Assembly (NCBI GenBank): GCA_012295275.1
Contig: CM022671.1
Location: forward strand, 4,464,001 to 4,528,000
Reading direction: 5' to 3'
From: Chrysomallon squamiferum
Lineage: Eukaryota > Animalia > Mollusca
Length of the DNA stretch: 64,000 nucleotides
The notes beneath the pieces are model-generated. The model did no database searches. It saw only the letters and a program-made list of their open reading frames with translations, and was not told where the DNA came from. The position numbers were made by a program, and so were the translations under genes. Shown piece after piece: positions 44,137 to 57,790 of the stretch. Position 1 is the first letter of the stretch. Each line of letters opens with the position of its first letter.

Positions 44137-45029
44137 TGTGAAGTAACTGAGAACCGTTGCAGCTGTCTGGTTAATATCAACAATGACAACAGCAACAACA
44201 ACAACAGCGGTAAAAGCGACAGTATGAACGGCAACAGCATCGGTAAAAACAACAGTAATAGAAATAGTAATTACAGAATAAAAAAAAATTAAAAAATTAA
44301 AAAAAATAGGTGAACAAAAACAATAGCATGAACAGAATCATGAAAAGTAGCAAATAAACGATGACGACGACAACAACAACAACAACGCCGGTAGCAAAAA
44401 CAACATTACCTGGAGCAACAACAGTAGTATGTAAATAATTTTTTTAACAACATCAGCAAAAACAACAGAGTGCACAACAATCAACCCCTTTTTGTACGAA
44501 TGCAAATTTAATTGAACAACAACAACAGCAACGGTGGTGTCAAAAGCTGTAACAACGGCATTACAGTCAAAAACAATAGTGGAAATAAAAAAGAAAAAGA
44601 AAAAAAAGATTAAAAGAAAAAGTCATTGGCTTGGGTCAAAGATAGAATTATCATTAAAACCAGCACAATAAACACAACAGCATACAGAGCTACGACATTA
44701 GCATCATCAACAACAACAACAACAGCAACATTACACAGACACCGACACTATGACATATCTTAAATAGAAACGATTATCCGAAGTCACAGACGAGACAAGA
44801 CAACACAGCCTAATTATAATTTTCACATCAATAAGAAACCTGTTACGATACATTTTTGCTTTTTATTATTATTATTATTATTATTATTTCGCTCCACGAT
44901 TAATGAAACATATTACAGCATATCACACTTTTCACTTTTTCCTCTCTGAAATCACTTTTCAGTGCTTGAGATAAATCACTTTTGTTATACTGTAAAGTAA
45001 ACACACATCACCCCCCCCCCTACCCCCAA

Positions 45030-45095
45030 GGAGAGAATCGAACCCGCGACATAATTTGTTTCAGTCAAAGCTCTACTCTGACAACATAACCAAAT
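45030..45095 (-). mobile_element. tRNA-like fragment (SINE head or tRNA pseudogene)
   Basis: The minus strand reads GTCAGAGTAGAGCTTTGACTGAAACAAATTATGTCGCGGGTTCGATTCTC, with a B box and a tRNA-like GACTGAA. No acceptor stem is visible. Confidence 0.45.
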
Positions 45096-45552
45096 CGCTT
45101 CTCTCATTTATAACTTAAAATCACGCTAAAAACAAATTATAAAGCTTGCCATTAACAACTGTTGTTGATAGATAAATGATCTCGTTTGCTTAATGATTTT
45201 TATAATGACCGCTGGCCAGCCCTGTCAGGCCATTAAGCATGGGATGAGGTCAACGAACTAGACTTGCTGCAAGTCACAATGAACCGTTTTATAAAATGTT
45301 TTTTTTTTTTTTTTTTTTTTGTTCAACTATGATATTAAACCAAACCTGAATTGTCTGTCAAAGATATTTGCATATCTTGTTCTTCAGCTGAATTTAACAC
45401 ACAAACACAAACACAAACACACACCGAAACAAACATGCACACGCATACACGCAAATGTACACGTATTTATGCTGTATTTCCATTTTTTTACAATAAAATA
45501 GTGTATAATATTATTAATAGAACATCAGTTAAACATTCTACTACTACTACTG

Positions 45553-45583
<31 letters not shown>

Positions 45584-46059
45584 AACTACTATTACTACTA
45601 CTACTATTACTTTTTTCTTAAACATTTTTTCTTATTTTATTTTATTTATTATTATTTATATTATTATTTTTATTATTATTATTATTATTATTATTTTTTT
45701 TGAACTGAATAAAATAAATCGAGTAAAGATCAGGCTAAAGGGCATAGGATATTTAAAACCAATGTTTACCTTAGATTTTAACTTTTGTTTCATGAACAAA
45801 GTGTCTGTTTGTCTATCTATATCAGTCTCTCTCTGCTCGTGCAGTATATAATACATTCATTTCTGTGCATGGCTATGTATGTAGTTATATACACACTGAC
45901 ATCTATTTCTTTCATTTTTTATTTTTATTTTTTTTTTTTTAAATATACCACTAATTATAAAGATGATGAAAAAAAATTAAAAAAATAAATAAAAACGGAC
46001 TAAAACGTCAAGGAAGTCTAGTCAGACATTTCGCCAAGATTAATCACTAAGCCTAAGAG

Positions 46060-46680
46060 AAATCCATCAAACAATTTCCACCTTGTCATTCACAACCTCC
46101 CTGGGACAGCCAGGGAGAATGAAATGCACGAGCAGTTTCGGCATTACTTCGAAATCGCTTTGATGAATGAAAGTTAAGCTGCATGAGCCGGAGAAGTGAA
46201 TGAGAAAAACGGGGAGTTGAACAGAACAGCGTATCAATGAAATGTGGTCAGCTTTTGGCTGCACGTGCCAAGGGTTTTTAGCGCTGTTGTTGACAGCCCA
46301 GGTCGGTTGATGCTGCTTATGAATGAACGCATGAATGAAAGACACAGACGCAGACTTATAAAGGCTAAAAAAAAAAAAAAAAAAAAAAATGAAAATCTAT
46401 TACGTAACATCCTACGTCATATAAGGGTAAATTTTATTGCTCCGCGTTACGTTGTTTTTACGGAGAATTCGTTACGTCATAGTGAATTAGCTGCTACTTT
46501 ACGATTGGTTATGTCTGTGTGTGTGTGAAGTTATTACGTAATACTCAAGCCAATGTTCTTGCTTCTTTAACGCAAATGTGTCCCAATATGATAACTGACA
46601 AACCGAGGTGAAATTAACCTCACAACGGAGCCGCCATTCAATAACGGAAATGACGTCACACTTTTACGCCATGCCCCGTT
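46060..46680. promoter_or_regulatory. candidate enhancer with a Capicua-octamer cluster and a bZIP/ETS-CRE cluster
   Basis: T(G/C)AATGAA at 46164, 46234, 46320 and 46332. TTACGTAA/TACGTCA sites at 46400-46541. CGGAAATGACGTCA at 46645-46658. Confidence 0.5.
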
Positions 46681-47215
46681 TTTAATGGAAATTTTCTAAG
46701 AGGTTGCATAATTCCGCGTACTTGTTGCTGAAAATGACATTAACAGGAATAAAATGATTTTTTATTTTATTTTATTTTATGTTTGTCTGAAATATAATAT
46801 TCATGTTATAGCTGTCTGAGATATTCTTATTCTTAAAAATATTTAGCAGTTTTGTTTGTTTCCATTAAAAATGCATTTCATTACTTCAGACCAACAGTTT
46901 ATCGCGACCCTTCTCTCAGTGAAATAAAATTAAGTACACAACACAGTATGTAATTCAAATTAGGGAATTTTAGGATTTACGATTTTCTGAATACTCCAGT
47001 TATAAAATGTCTCCTCAGTGAATGAGTGACTGAATGAATGAAAGAAAGAAAAAACAAAGAATGGTGAATGAAAAACGGAATAGGTTAAAGGCATTTTAAC
47101 ACAATGTATTGTTAACTTTTGTAGGATACTATTAATTTTCCAAAATAGTATTGTTATTATTGTTGCTGTTGTTGTTGTTGTTCTTCTTCTTCTTCTCCTT
47201 CTCCTTCTTCTTCTT

Positions 47216-47246
<31 letters not shown>

Positions 47247-48110
47247 TTGTTGTTGTTGTTGCTGTTGTCATTACTTTTTGTTACTATTATTCAAATGTGT
47301 TTGCGCAGGGCAATGCAAATGCAAATATACACATTCACATATACATACAGACCCACGTACTCACATACAGACCCACACATACACACACACACACACACAC
47401 ACATATCTATATATACACACACACAAACCTAACGTGTGAAAATGGTCAAATTAGCTTCATCCGCATCCTGCATTTGTTTCACAAGAGAGGCAGCTGTCAG
47501 TTCTGCGTCTTGTAGCAACAGACGGATGTGACGAAGAATGGGTACAGGAAAACATTCGAGTTAGACCGGAACCCTCGAAATGTCGAAATGCGTCAAGCCG
47601 TTCACACTGTCAGTTTTGTCGACACTTTTGTGTCTCGTTTCCGCCGACGTTGTTGCCGAAGATGCACTGACGTTGTTTTCCAACTGCAATGTTGTTGGGT
47701 TTTTTATTTTTATTTTTTTTTTTTTTTTTTTTTTAATGGGCAGAGTCAAGGTATGGAGATGGTTATAATTCAGATGAGAACTAGTCATCTCCTTTTTTTT
47801 TCTTTTTCTTTTTATGACGTCATTATATATTTTTAACGCTAATTAAACTAATTAAGTTTGTATGTTGGTTGCAAGTGCCTCGATAATGTCCCTCCCATCA
47901 TTTTTTTTTTTAAATATTAGATCAGCTTTTGAACGTATATACGTAGATATATATATATATGATTAGACTTTGGACTTGGTAAAGAATTTTGGAAGGATGG
48001 ATGAACAGTGCATGAAGTAATAATCATAAATGTGTCAGGAAAAAGGTGTGATTTAAAAATGTGTCCACTTATGAGAAATCTAGCGAGGGATGGTGAGAAA
48101 GAATCAATTA

Positions 48111-48197
<87 letters not shown>

Positions 48198-48426
48198 ATG
48201 CGCATTGGTATATTTTATTACAATTATGTGTTTTTACGTAAATAAATATGTTAGTATGCATATTTTTTTTTATATACGAACGTAAACATTTACGTGTCTT
48301 TGTGTTTATTTCTTTAAAAGGCTTTATATTTTGTCTGTCTATTGATCATAATGATAACGATGCTGGTGCTGATAATAATAACAATAATAATAATAATAAG
48401 AAGAAGAAGAAGAAGAAGATAACAAA

Positions 48427-48495
<69 letters not shown>

Positions 48496-49063
48496 GAAGA
48501 AGAAGAAGAAGAAGAAAAAGAAGATAAACTATCGAGAATAACAGTAATAACGAAAACGCTGTACACTTATTTCATTCATTCCCTGTACAAAGCTACACAC
48601 ATCACCACCACAGACCTACATAATAACGCAAGCGGCAAATCGCTGGTTTGTTGCTCTCTGTCTCTGTCTGTCTTTCTCTCTCTCTCTCTGTATATTTATG
48701 TTATCTCTGCGGTTAGGTCGCGTTTAACAGTGACTCACCATCAAACATTTCACAAGCTGAACCCACATGTGCAGCGCGCAGCATATTTTGATAAGGACAG
48801 CAGCTTTCGTCTGCTCTGCCAGGCAACATCGGTGTCACGGAGGTTGTCAGCTCGAGTGACGAGTGGTGACTAAAAGGGTCAGTTCTCTTCATCGAACCCA
48901 GTGCACCCACCTTTTTTCCCGTTTAGACTGTTGTGTATCGCCGATACGAGAAATAGTTGTTTTAGTTTTTAATGGAAATGTACATTTAAAAAATCTTTAA
49001 TATATATATATATACTTACATACACATACGTACATACCTACATACATACATACACACACACAC

Positions 49064-49094
<31 letters not shown>

Positions 49095-51766
49095 TTTACA
49101 CATATACATACATACATATGCATATATATATATATATATATAGATATAGATATATATATAATGATGATATCACTAATCATTATTGCTATTTATATGTCAC
49201 TGAAGAAATATTTGTAATTATGAATAGCACAACAGGTCATATCAAGCATAACATTCCAGATCATCATTGGAACAACGAGGGTAACTGTAACAGCAGCGAC
49301 AACAACGGTAGCAACAATAATTATATATATATATGTAAAAGTAAATTGTATTATTAATTATATTATGTCCTATATTTTGTATTTCTTAGCATTTTTCTTT
49401 AAGTAAACTGATCATTGCAGTTAACACCACAATTATTATCTCTCTCAAGTTTATAAAACATCTTTCAAATTTATTTTTACCGAGGAATTCTTGTTGTTTT
49501 TTTTTGAATCAGATTTCAGTATATTGCCCACGATTCAATGATAAATTTTTGCTTAACTTGTGTTTATTTTACGCAGCCGTCGCGAATTTATTTTACGGTA
49601 GATGTTTTTGTATGTACCACTTATCGTCCTTAGACTTAACCACTGTCAGTTGTCACGTGACGAAGAACGAGCCATGCACGTTCTTCAGAAAACGTCTGTG
49701 TCCTAGATTAATATAATCAAGTTAGTTAATAGCTGAAAGTGGACTTGATAGACACTGCAGTCTATGGTAGATCATACGGACCATAATTCAGATTGCATAC
49801 AAACGACATACACGCTCTAATAATTGAAAACGAATAATAATAAAAAAAAAATAGAATTAATCGTACTGATTACGAAAAATATCGTTATGTTCATAGTAGC
49901 ATACATTAATAGATAATATTAATTTATTATACTTAGAAATACTGGCATTAAACCACATAATAAACTAAAACATACAATAATAAATACATTTATATTATCT
50001 AATACTAAATGATTCGGCTTAATTCCCGTTCTAGCTAATACTAAACAACTCACAACCAAAGGCCTTAAATTTTACCTTCCTGTTTATGGGAAGGTCGATA
50101 AAAAATATTCCTTCCTGCTAATCGATAACCGTTACTCATAAAAACAAAATCAGTAGGTTTGCTTTCTCATGTATAATTTACACAAGGAACGAATGGTTTA
50201 ATGTTCGTGACAGCTGATACGAAAATGTGTTGAGATTTTGTTAAGCAAATTAACAACCTTTCCACGCAGATGTGAAATGTGGCCCATACGGCCAACCGTA
50301 CTAGTCTGAGCACTGTGGAAACGAGGTCAGCGTAATGTATGTAAACTACACAGCAGTGTTTATCATTCCGACAGCCGTCAGTTTATGTGTACTTAGCAAA
50401 CAAGCGAATCTGAATGAAAATGTATTTTTCTTCTGTTGTTTTTTTCTTTCTTACGGTATCTGCTCTGACAGACACATCGTACGAATGAGATAGTGTGTGT
50501 AAATAAACATTTATAATAACAACAACAGGCAGAACATCAATAAGAACAGCAGCATCCGTGGCAATAACAACAACTACAACGTCGTCAACATAATTATCAT
50601 CGCGGACATCGTCGTCTTCATCTTCATCTTTTGCCAGCGCGATTACATTTACTACTTCTTCTACTGCTACTACTACTACTACTACTACTACTATTACAAT
50701 TACTACTACTTGTACTACTGCTACTATTACTGCTGCTACTACTATTACTACTACTACTACTACTGCTGCTGCTACTACAGCTACTGCTACTGCTTCTTCT
50801 ACTACAACTACTATAATAACTACGACGAAGACACTACAGATTAGGAACTTGTAGACAGCACAATGAAAAAACCCAGACATTACGTTAAAAAAAAAAAAAA
50901 AAAAAAAAAAATAAATGAATGAATGAATGAATAAATAAATAAATAAATAAAGAAAGAAAGAAAAAAAAAAAAAAAAACAATAAAAAACACACAAACAAAA
51001 ACAAAAACAAAAAATAAAATAAACCATAACATCGAAAATCAAAAAGTCGAAAAAAAAAAAAAAAAAAAAAAAAAAGTACCAGAAATCAAAAACGAAAACG
51101 AAAAACGTGAAGCAAATTAACACCAATAAAAAAACAACAACCTTTCAAACGGCGACGATAATAATGATGCCGCCGCCAACCACGTTAAAGGAGGAAGAAC
51201 GAGAAACGTAAGACAGGTGTGTGTGTGTGTGTGTACATGTATTTTACGTTGCATTGCGGTTAGTGAACTTGTTCCACACATTCGCCAACACGCCAGAGCA
51301 GCGTGATGTCTGTGATTGTTTTACGTGTTCTCTGCTAATTCTGCAAGCCATATTGTACGTATTAAGCAAACGGAGCGAATTAATTCACAGCGCTTTCCGT
51401 TATTCACGTACTCACAGCGTGAAATCCGTGATTTGACTGGGTGCAGGCGTCACACGTGTGCAGTGTGTATGTGACGTGTGTGTGTGTATGTGTGTTACAT
51501 GCGTGTGTGTCATGTGTGTATATGTGTGTTACATGCGTATGTGTGTATGTGTGTATGTGTTACATGCGTGTGTGTGTATATGTGTTACATGCGTGTGTGT
51601 CATGTGTGTATATGAGGTTTGTGTGTGTGTTATTATGCATGTTATGTGTGTCTGTGTGTGTCTTATTAATGTATGTGAGGTGCGTGCGTGTCTATGTGTT
51701 TGTACGTGTTATGTGTGTCTTCGGAAAGAATATGAAAAGCAAATTATCTTCGAAGATGAACGAATG

Positions 51767-51830
<64 letters not shown>

Positions 51831-51936
51831 AATTTATTGCTCGATCATTTTAAAAAATCAAAGACTATATACGTTTTCAAGAGATTAATTAACAAAGTAA
51901 CAAAGACAAAACAGAATAAAATAAAATAAAATAAAA

Positions 51937-51979
<43 letters not shown>

Positions 51980-52436
51980 AATAAAATATATATATATATA
52001 AAATAATGCAAACGTAATAATAAAATAAAATAAAAATATTAAAAGGCACAAAAAAAAAAAAATATTCTAAATTGGCCTAATTTTCAAAAAAAAAAAAAAA
52101 AAAAAATTTCAAAAAATGTCACTGCCTAAATTATAATAGTTTGTTTCGTCAGTAACATTTCCGACGTCAATGTTTTCAGCGTGTCTACTCAATAACGCAG
52201 AAATTAGCTTGAAGAATGTTCCTTTCCAAGGTCATGACCTCAGAAAGCCCAAACGGTTTGAATTCAGTGCACCGTGTTTCCGGTTTAGGCTAATTTCATT
52301 ACATACATTATTAAAGGTTAATCATATTTTATGAGCTGTATCCTGCAATAAACGCATCAACATCGAAAATAGCTCTTGGATAATTTGCTCCCTGAATGAA
52401 ACACACGTATGTGTAATATAAGTACGAGTAAATTTG

Positions 52437-52474
<38 letters not shown>

Positions 52475-52579
52475 AAGAAAGAAAGAAAAAAGAAAGAATA
52501 AAAAAGAAAAACAAGAAAAAAAAGAAAGAAGAAAAGCACAAAGTTACAAATGACTCAACGTTTACATATGATAGTTTTT

Positions 52580-52626
<47 letters not shown>

Positions 52627-53802
52627 TCGCACGTACACATATAATACACAAAACAAAATTAAATTTCAGCGTTTTAACATTTATATCAAAGTTATATATT
52701 TCGTTTATAATGAAATTTCTTAAAGAAAAAAAAAAGACTAAATTAAATTTTGACTGTGAAATATACATAGTTTTGTCTGAAACGTAACAAGAAACTAGTT
52801 AATATTTCATTTGCATATGTATTAGTCTGAGGCCCTGTTTGGGTGCTTTAATGTGTGGTCTGTAACGAAAAACGAATTGTAGAATCGAATCTTCTCAACA
52901 TCTAGTTGACTCTATTTCCAATTCCTGCCTAACCCTAACCCAACACAAAACAAAAAACAACAACTCAACCCCTCAAAACAACAACAACAACAACAACAAC
53001 AATAATAATAATAAAAAAACATTATTGGCATATTTATTATAATATAATGATATTATTACTACTTTAGTTAGAAGTCGGCTTTTATTTGACGCCTCAAGTG
53101 CGACTGCCTTGAACTTTGACCCAAGATCACGTGATCTATGATCTCTAACAGAAATACACACTTGTTTGGTAAAGGTATTTATATAAAGAGGTTAATACTC
53201 CGTTACATAATGGTACTTCAGTTTGGAAATGTTACATTCATGGCATCTTTTATTACAGAGCGGTCAGTTTAAACAGTTTCGGGTGAATAATTACAGAATA
53301 AAGAAACAGAAAACAGGTCAATGGCGATTTCATCTAACCTGGTTACGTAACCGTAATAACTGTTCACTACCTATTTCCGCGGTTAACATATTGTCGTTTT
53401 ATACTTTGTAGTACAGGAATAAAAATGAAAATTTGTTTGTCTGTTTATTCTGATTTATTTTATTTTTATTTTATTTTATTCGATGTTTTGTTTATTTATT
53501 TATCTATCTATCTACTATTGCTGTTGTTGCTGCTGACGTTGATTTAGTTCTCGTTCATTTGATATTGATGACGATGTCGGTTTTAACGATACTCCAGTCG
53601 TTCATCTTTTTTATAAAAATCAGTGCATATTTTAACAGAATTACACGCACAAATAATCACACACACACACACATATACAGACAAACACACATCTTTGTCA
53701 CACAAATGTACACAAACACCTTCAATGATACTTACACGTGCCCACTGACAGACTGACAGACACACAGAAGAAAATACGCATTTTCTCGTTGTGAGATACA
53801 GC

Positions 53803-53895
<93 letters not shown>

Positions 53896-54043
53896 GAGTA
53901 TTAAATTACTGTCTTGTTTTAAGTTTGGTAGAATGTTTCATTTACTATTGCTACTACCACTAGTAATAGTATTCTACAGCTACTATACAATTACTATTAC
54001 TACTACTAATAATAACCATAATCATAATATATTTCCTTTACAA

Positions 54044-54103
<60 letters not shown>

Positions 54104-54337
54104 CTCTCTTCAAAATATATAAACATTAATTACTTGGACACTTTCCTTTTTTCAACTTCTTCGTTTAATATATTTGAGTGATTATAAATAGCATCCATTA
54201 AGGAGAACCCGGAAACACGTGACATTACCTCATTATTACTAATTTGTAGATTAAATTACAACGGAAACGAGGAATTCAGACATTATGGATGCCATGCAAT
54301 TACGGAAAACTTAATTGCTTTCTTTTGAGTTCAAGAT

Positions 54338-54411
<74 letters not shown>

Positions 54412-54565
54412 CACACACAATCATATACACTAGTATTTGTGTCTGAAAATTTCTGTGAAGGGATATTTTCACTACAAATAGAATAAAATAAAATGAAATA
54501 CCAATAAATAAAGAAAGAATTAAATAAATAAAGAAAGAAAGCTACATAAAACAGAACACAGAAAT

Positions 54566-54609
<44 letters not shown>

Positions 54610-55014
54610 AGAAAAAGAAAGAAATAATATACATAAATCAGACACACATTTCAAGTTTTTATGCAACAGGTTCAAACAGGTAGATAGAGTGGCATAAAAT
54701 GTAAATAAAATTTTTTTTTTTTTTTTCAAAATATATTGCTAAATTTTTCTTTTTTCTTTCAGTCAGTGGTGTTTATAGATTAGAGAAGAAACTTGAAATC
54801 GTAGAATTCTTAATGCACCAAGAAAAAAAGAAAAGAAAGAAAGAAAGAAAAAATAAAGAAAGAAAGAAATGAAAAAAGAAAAATTAAAAATTAAAATTAA
54901 AAAAAAATATATAAATGTTATTTCGTAATGTTTGCACTTCAGAACTTTGAATCAAGTGGAATGGAAAAACTTAGAAAAAGATAAATAAAAAAATAATTAA
55001 ATTAAATTAAATTA

Positions 55015-55065
<51 letters not shown>

Positions 55066-55371
55066 TAACAAACAAACAAATAAATGAATAACGTTACTGA
55101 CGGCAGAAAACTGGTTCAAAATAAATAAATAAATGTATATATTACACACAGCTTACAAAATTGTGAAATTATTAACACAGTTTACAAAACGCAGTTTCCA
55201 GAACCTACATAATAAATAAAGCAAGCATATTTCGTTTCCAAACAAAATATTTACCTTTCAAAATTTATTTCATGGCGCACCTGTTTGAAAAGAAATTGTG
55301 TTTTTCAGAATTATTCATGTTTGGATATATATCCACAGCTAGATTCGTAATATGAGTATTTAGTAAATATA

Positions 55372-55411
<40 letters not shown>

Positions 55412-55429
55412 GTTGCGGTTGGATTCCCT

Positions 55430-55730
55430 TTCACAATGAATGGAACAATTGTTTCGCTTCAGTGTAATTCTCTTCTTAAAGGTCAACCTTGCCTTGGCAA
55501 GCTGCCAACCGCTGCAGCAGTGCTGGGAAGTGACGTAGCGCTGTGTTCTATTTTTAGCAGATAACGTAGGGAATGGAGAGTATTGATTCATGACGTTATC
55601 CTTATTTGGTATGAGCGAGGGGCGGAGCTATCGTTGCTTGGCGAGACGTGATTGGCGAACGTGCGAGAGGCTTATTTTGTTTACCTGTCACGGCGCGCAT
55701 AAATTGATGGTAGATGTGTTATGCAGACTA
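55430..55730 (+). promoter_or_regulatory. proximal promoter of the MKP3-family gene
   Basis: Ordered motifs: TGAATGGA (55437), GGAAGTGACGT (55526), TGATTCA/TGACGT (55584-55596), CArG CCTTATTTGG (55600), GGGGCGGAGC (55619), ATTGG (55651) and TATA-like CATAAAT (55698). The region is CpG-rich and lies ~350-640 bp upstream of the ATG. Confidence 0.75.
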
Positions 55731-56070
55731 CTGCTATCCTCGAGGTTTTGTCGAAACGGTTAGGCGAAAGACAGTTCGTGAGCTGCGAAGAGCTTGTGTG
55801 TTTTGTGAATGGACGATTTGTGTTTATCAACAACACAACAACCGACGGATATGTTATAGTTATAAAAACAACAGCTTCATCCACTGAGCTTTGCTTTCTT
55901 AATTTTAAAAAAAAGGAATTCAAATGTATGTTCGTCTGCAATTCTCGGAGTTAAAGGAGCCGAAACTTGTGATTTAGGAAAGCTTAAATTTTTTTTTTTT
56001 TTAAAAATAGGTGTATTTTAAATTTAAAGCCATAACAAATATTCAAGAGGGCCATCGTTATTTATTTCTA

Positions 56071-56461
56071 ATGCCTTGTTTAGAAGTTATTACCAATATG
56101 AACGCTGACATAACTGATTTCTGCAGTCCGGAAAGACTCGGCAATGAACTGCGGGTTAACAACAACCTCCTCGTGCTCGACTGTAGGAGTCAGGGGGACT
56201 TTCAGCGATCCCACATCGCAGGCGCCATCAGTGTCACGTTGCCGAGTCTGATGATGAAGCGGCTGAAGAAGGGCACCCTCAACATCAGCGCCGTTATACA
56301 CAATAACGAAGCGAAAGAACGGTTTACGAAATGTGCGAAAACACACCACATAGTCTTATGCGACGAGTGTTCGACGGACCTGAATGCCAACCCTTCCAGC
56401 ACCCTGAACCTTTTGATGAAGAAACTGAGACAAGATGGATGTCGAGCGTCGTTTTTATTGG
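56071..56461 (+). CDS. DUSP6/7: MAP kinase phosphatase DUSP6/7/9 (MKP3) family, coding exon 1: rhodanese-like/CH2 domain with kinase-interaction motif
   Basis: ATG at 56071 gives MPCLEVITNMNADITDFCSPERLGNELRVNNNLLVLDCRSQGDFQRSHIAGAISVTLPSLMMKRLKKG...LRQDGCRASFLL. It carries the LLxxDCR, SHIxGA and LMMKRLKKG (KIM) motifs of MKPs. It ends at a phase-1 donor G|GTAAGC (56461/56462). Confidence 0.93.
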
Positions 56462-56557
56462 GTAAGCAGATTTTTGTAAAAATTACGTTTTGTTTTCTTC
56501 GTTCGTTCGTTCATTCGCATGTCTAATAATAACGTAATAAATTCGTTAAAAACGAGG

Positions 56558-56630
<73 letters not shown>

Positions 56631-57202
56631 TCATCATCATAAATCTTTTCGTTAAAACGTAATAGGAAAGCCGAGAAAAACGAATGATGTATAAATATAT
56701 ACGTTCTATCGCTGTCTTTCTCTCGCTATATCTATTATTATTGTTTTGATTTTTATATACTACAGACCTTCATGACTCACAAGTAACAGATGTAGATTAA
56801 ACACAATTAGATCTTTTTATAATTTCATATTTGAAACCCAAGCCGTGATAAATATTTTATATTGTGTCGGGTTTGGAAGTTAACAAATCAAAATTGTCAA
56901 TGTTTCTAATGAATCGGACGTTAACCGCAGCTATGGAATTATTATTTATTATTTTACACACATGTGTAGTAAAAATAAGCGATATTGCCTCCCGGATCGA
57001 TAATTATACACTTGTTTACAGCACGTGACTTGAGGCGGGAAATGCTCGCGGTTGTATTTTTCACGTGTAATGTGTTTTACAGTTATGTACCGTTAGACAA
57101 ATGTTTCACCGTTATTTAGCGTTAGCTAATAACGGTAGTTTCATTTCCAGGGACTAGCAAAAGGAGATTAAAAACATTAAATTAAACACCAAATAAAAAC
57201 CT

Positions 57203-57301
<99 letters not shown>

Positions 57302-57790
57302 TTATTATTATTATTATTATTATTATGCAGAAGTATTTCTAGCCTTTGAAATAAATTATACTCTTACTTTGCGTATGGAGATGATTTTCAAATCCTGTTT
57401 AGCTGTTGTTTACGTATGTTCATGAACTGAATGAAACTGTATACATGCATTTTGTTATTTTATTTTTTAATTCTTTTTATTATACTATTGTTTATGTCTG
57501 GATTTTTTTGTTGTAGTTTTCACTTGCATTTCCAACTGTTATTTAACAATGTTTACCTGTCTATTCGCGTCGATTTTCAACTATTATATAATTATACCTG
57601 TCACAAGGATTTCAGCCGTTGTATTAAAAAATAATAATAATAATAATAAAAAAATTATATCATTATTTATAAACAAGTGGATTTTCACCTGTTGTATATT
57701 AATCTCTGTTATTCATAACGTAGATTTTATTTTATTGTATATATATAAAAAAATTATATCATTGTTTTTTTGTTTTGTTTTTTTCAACAG
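56462..57790 (+). other. intron 1 of the MKP3-family gene
   Basis: GTAAGC...TTTTTCAACAG. Splicing keeps the frame as FLL-G-GF, the position of the vertebrate DUSP6 intron. Confidence 0.92.

Noticed and set aside
52928-52941. Telomere-like CCTAACCCTAACCC
   Set aside because: Only about two units, too short to call an interstitial telomeric repeat.
56011-56070. N-terminal extension given by the ORF track (GTG start at 56011)
   Set aside because: It is a non-AUG start with no similarity to MKP N-termini. The first ATG is at 56071.
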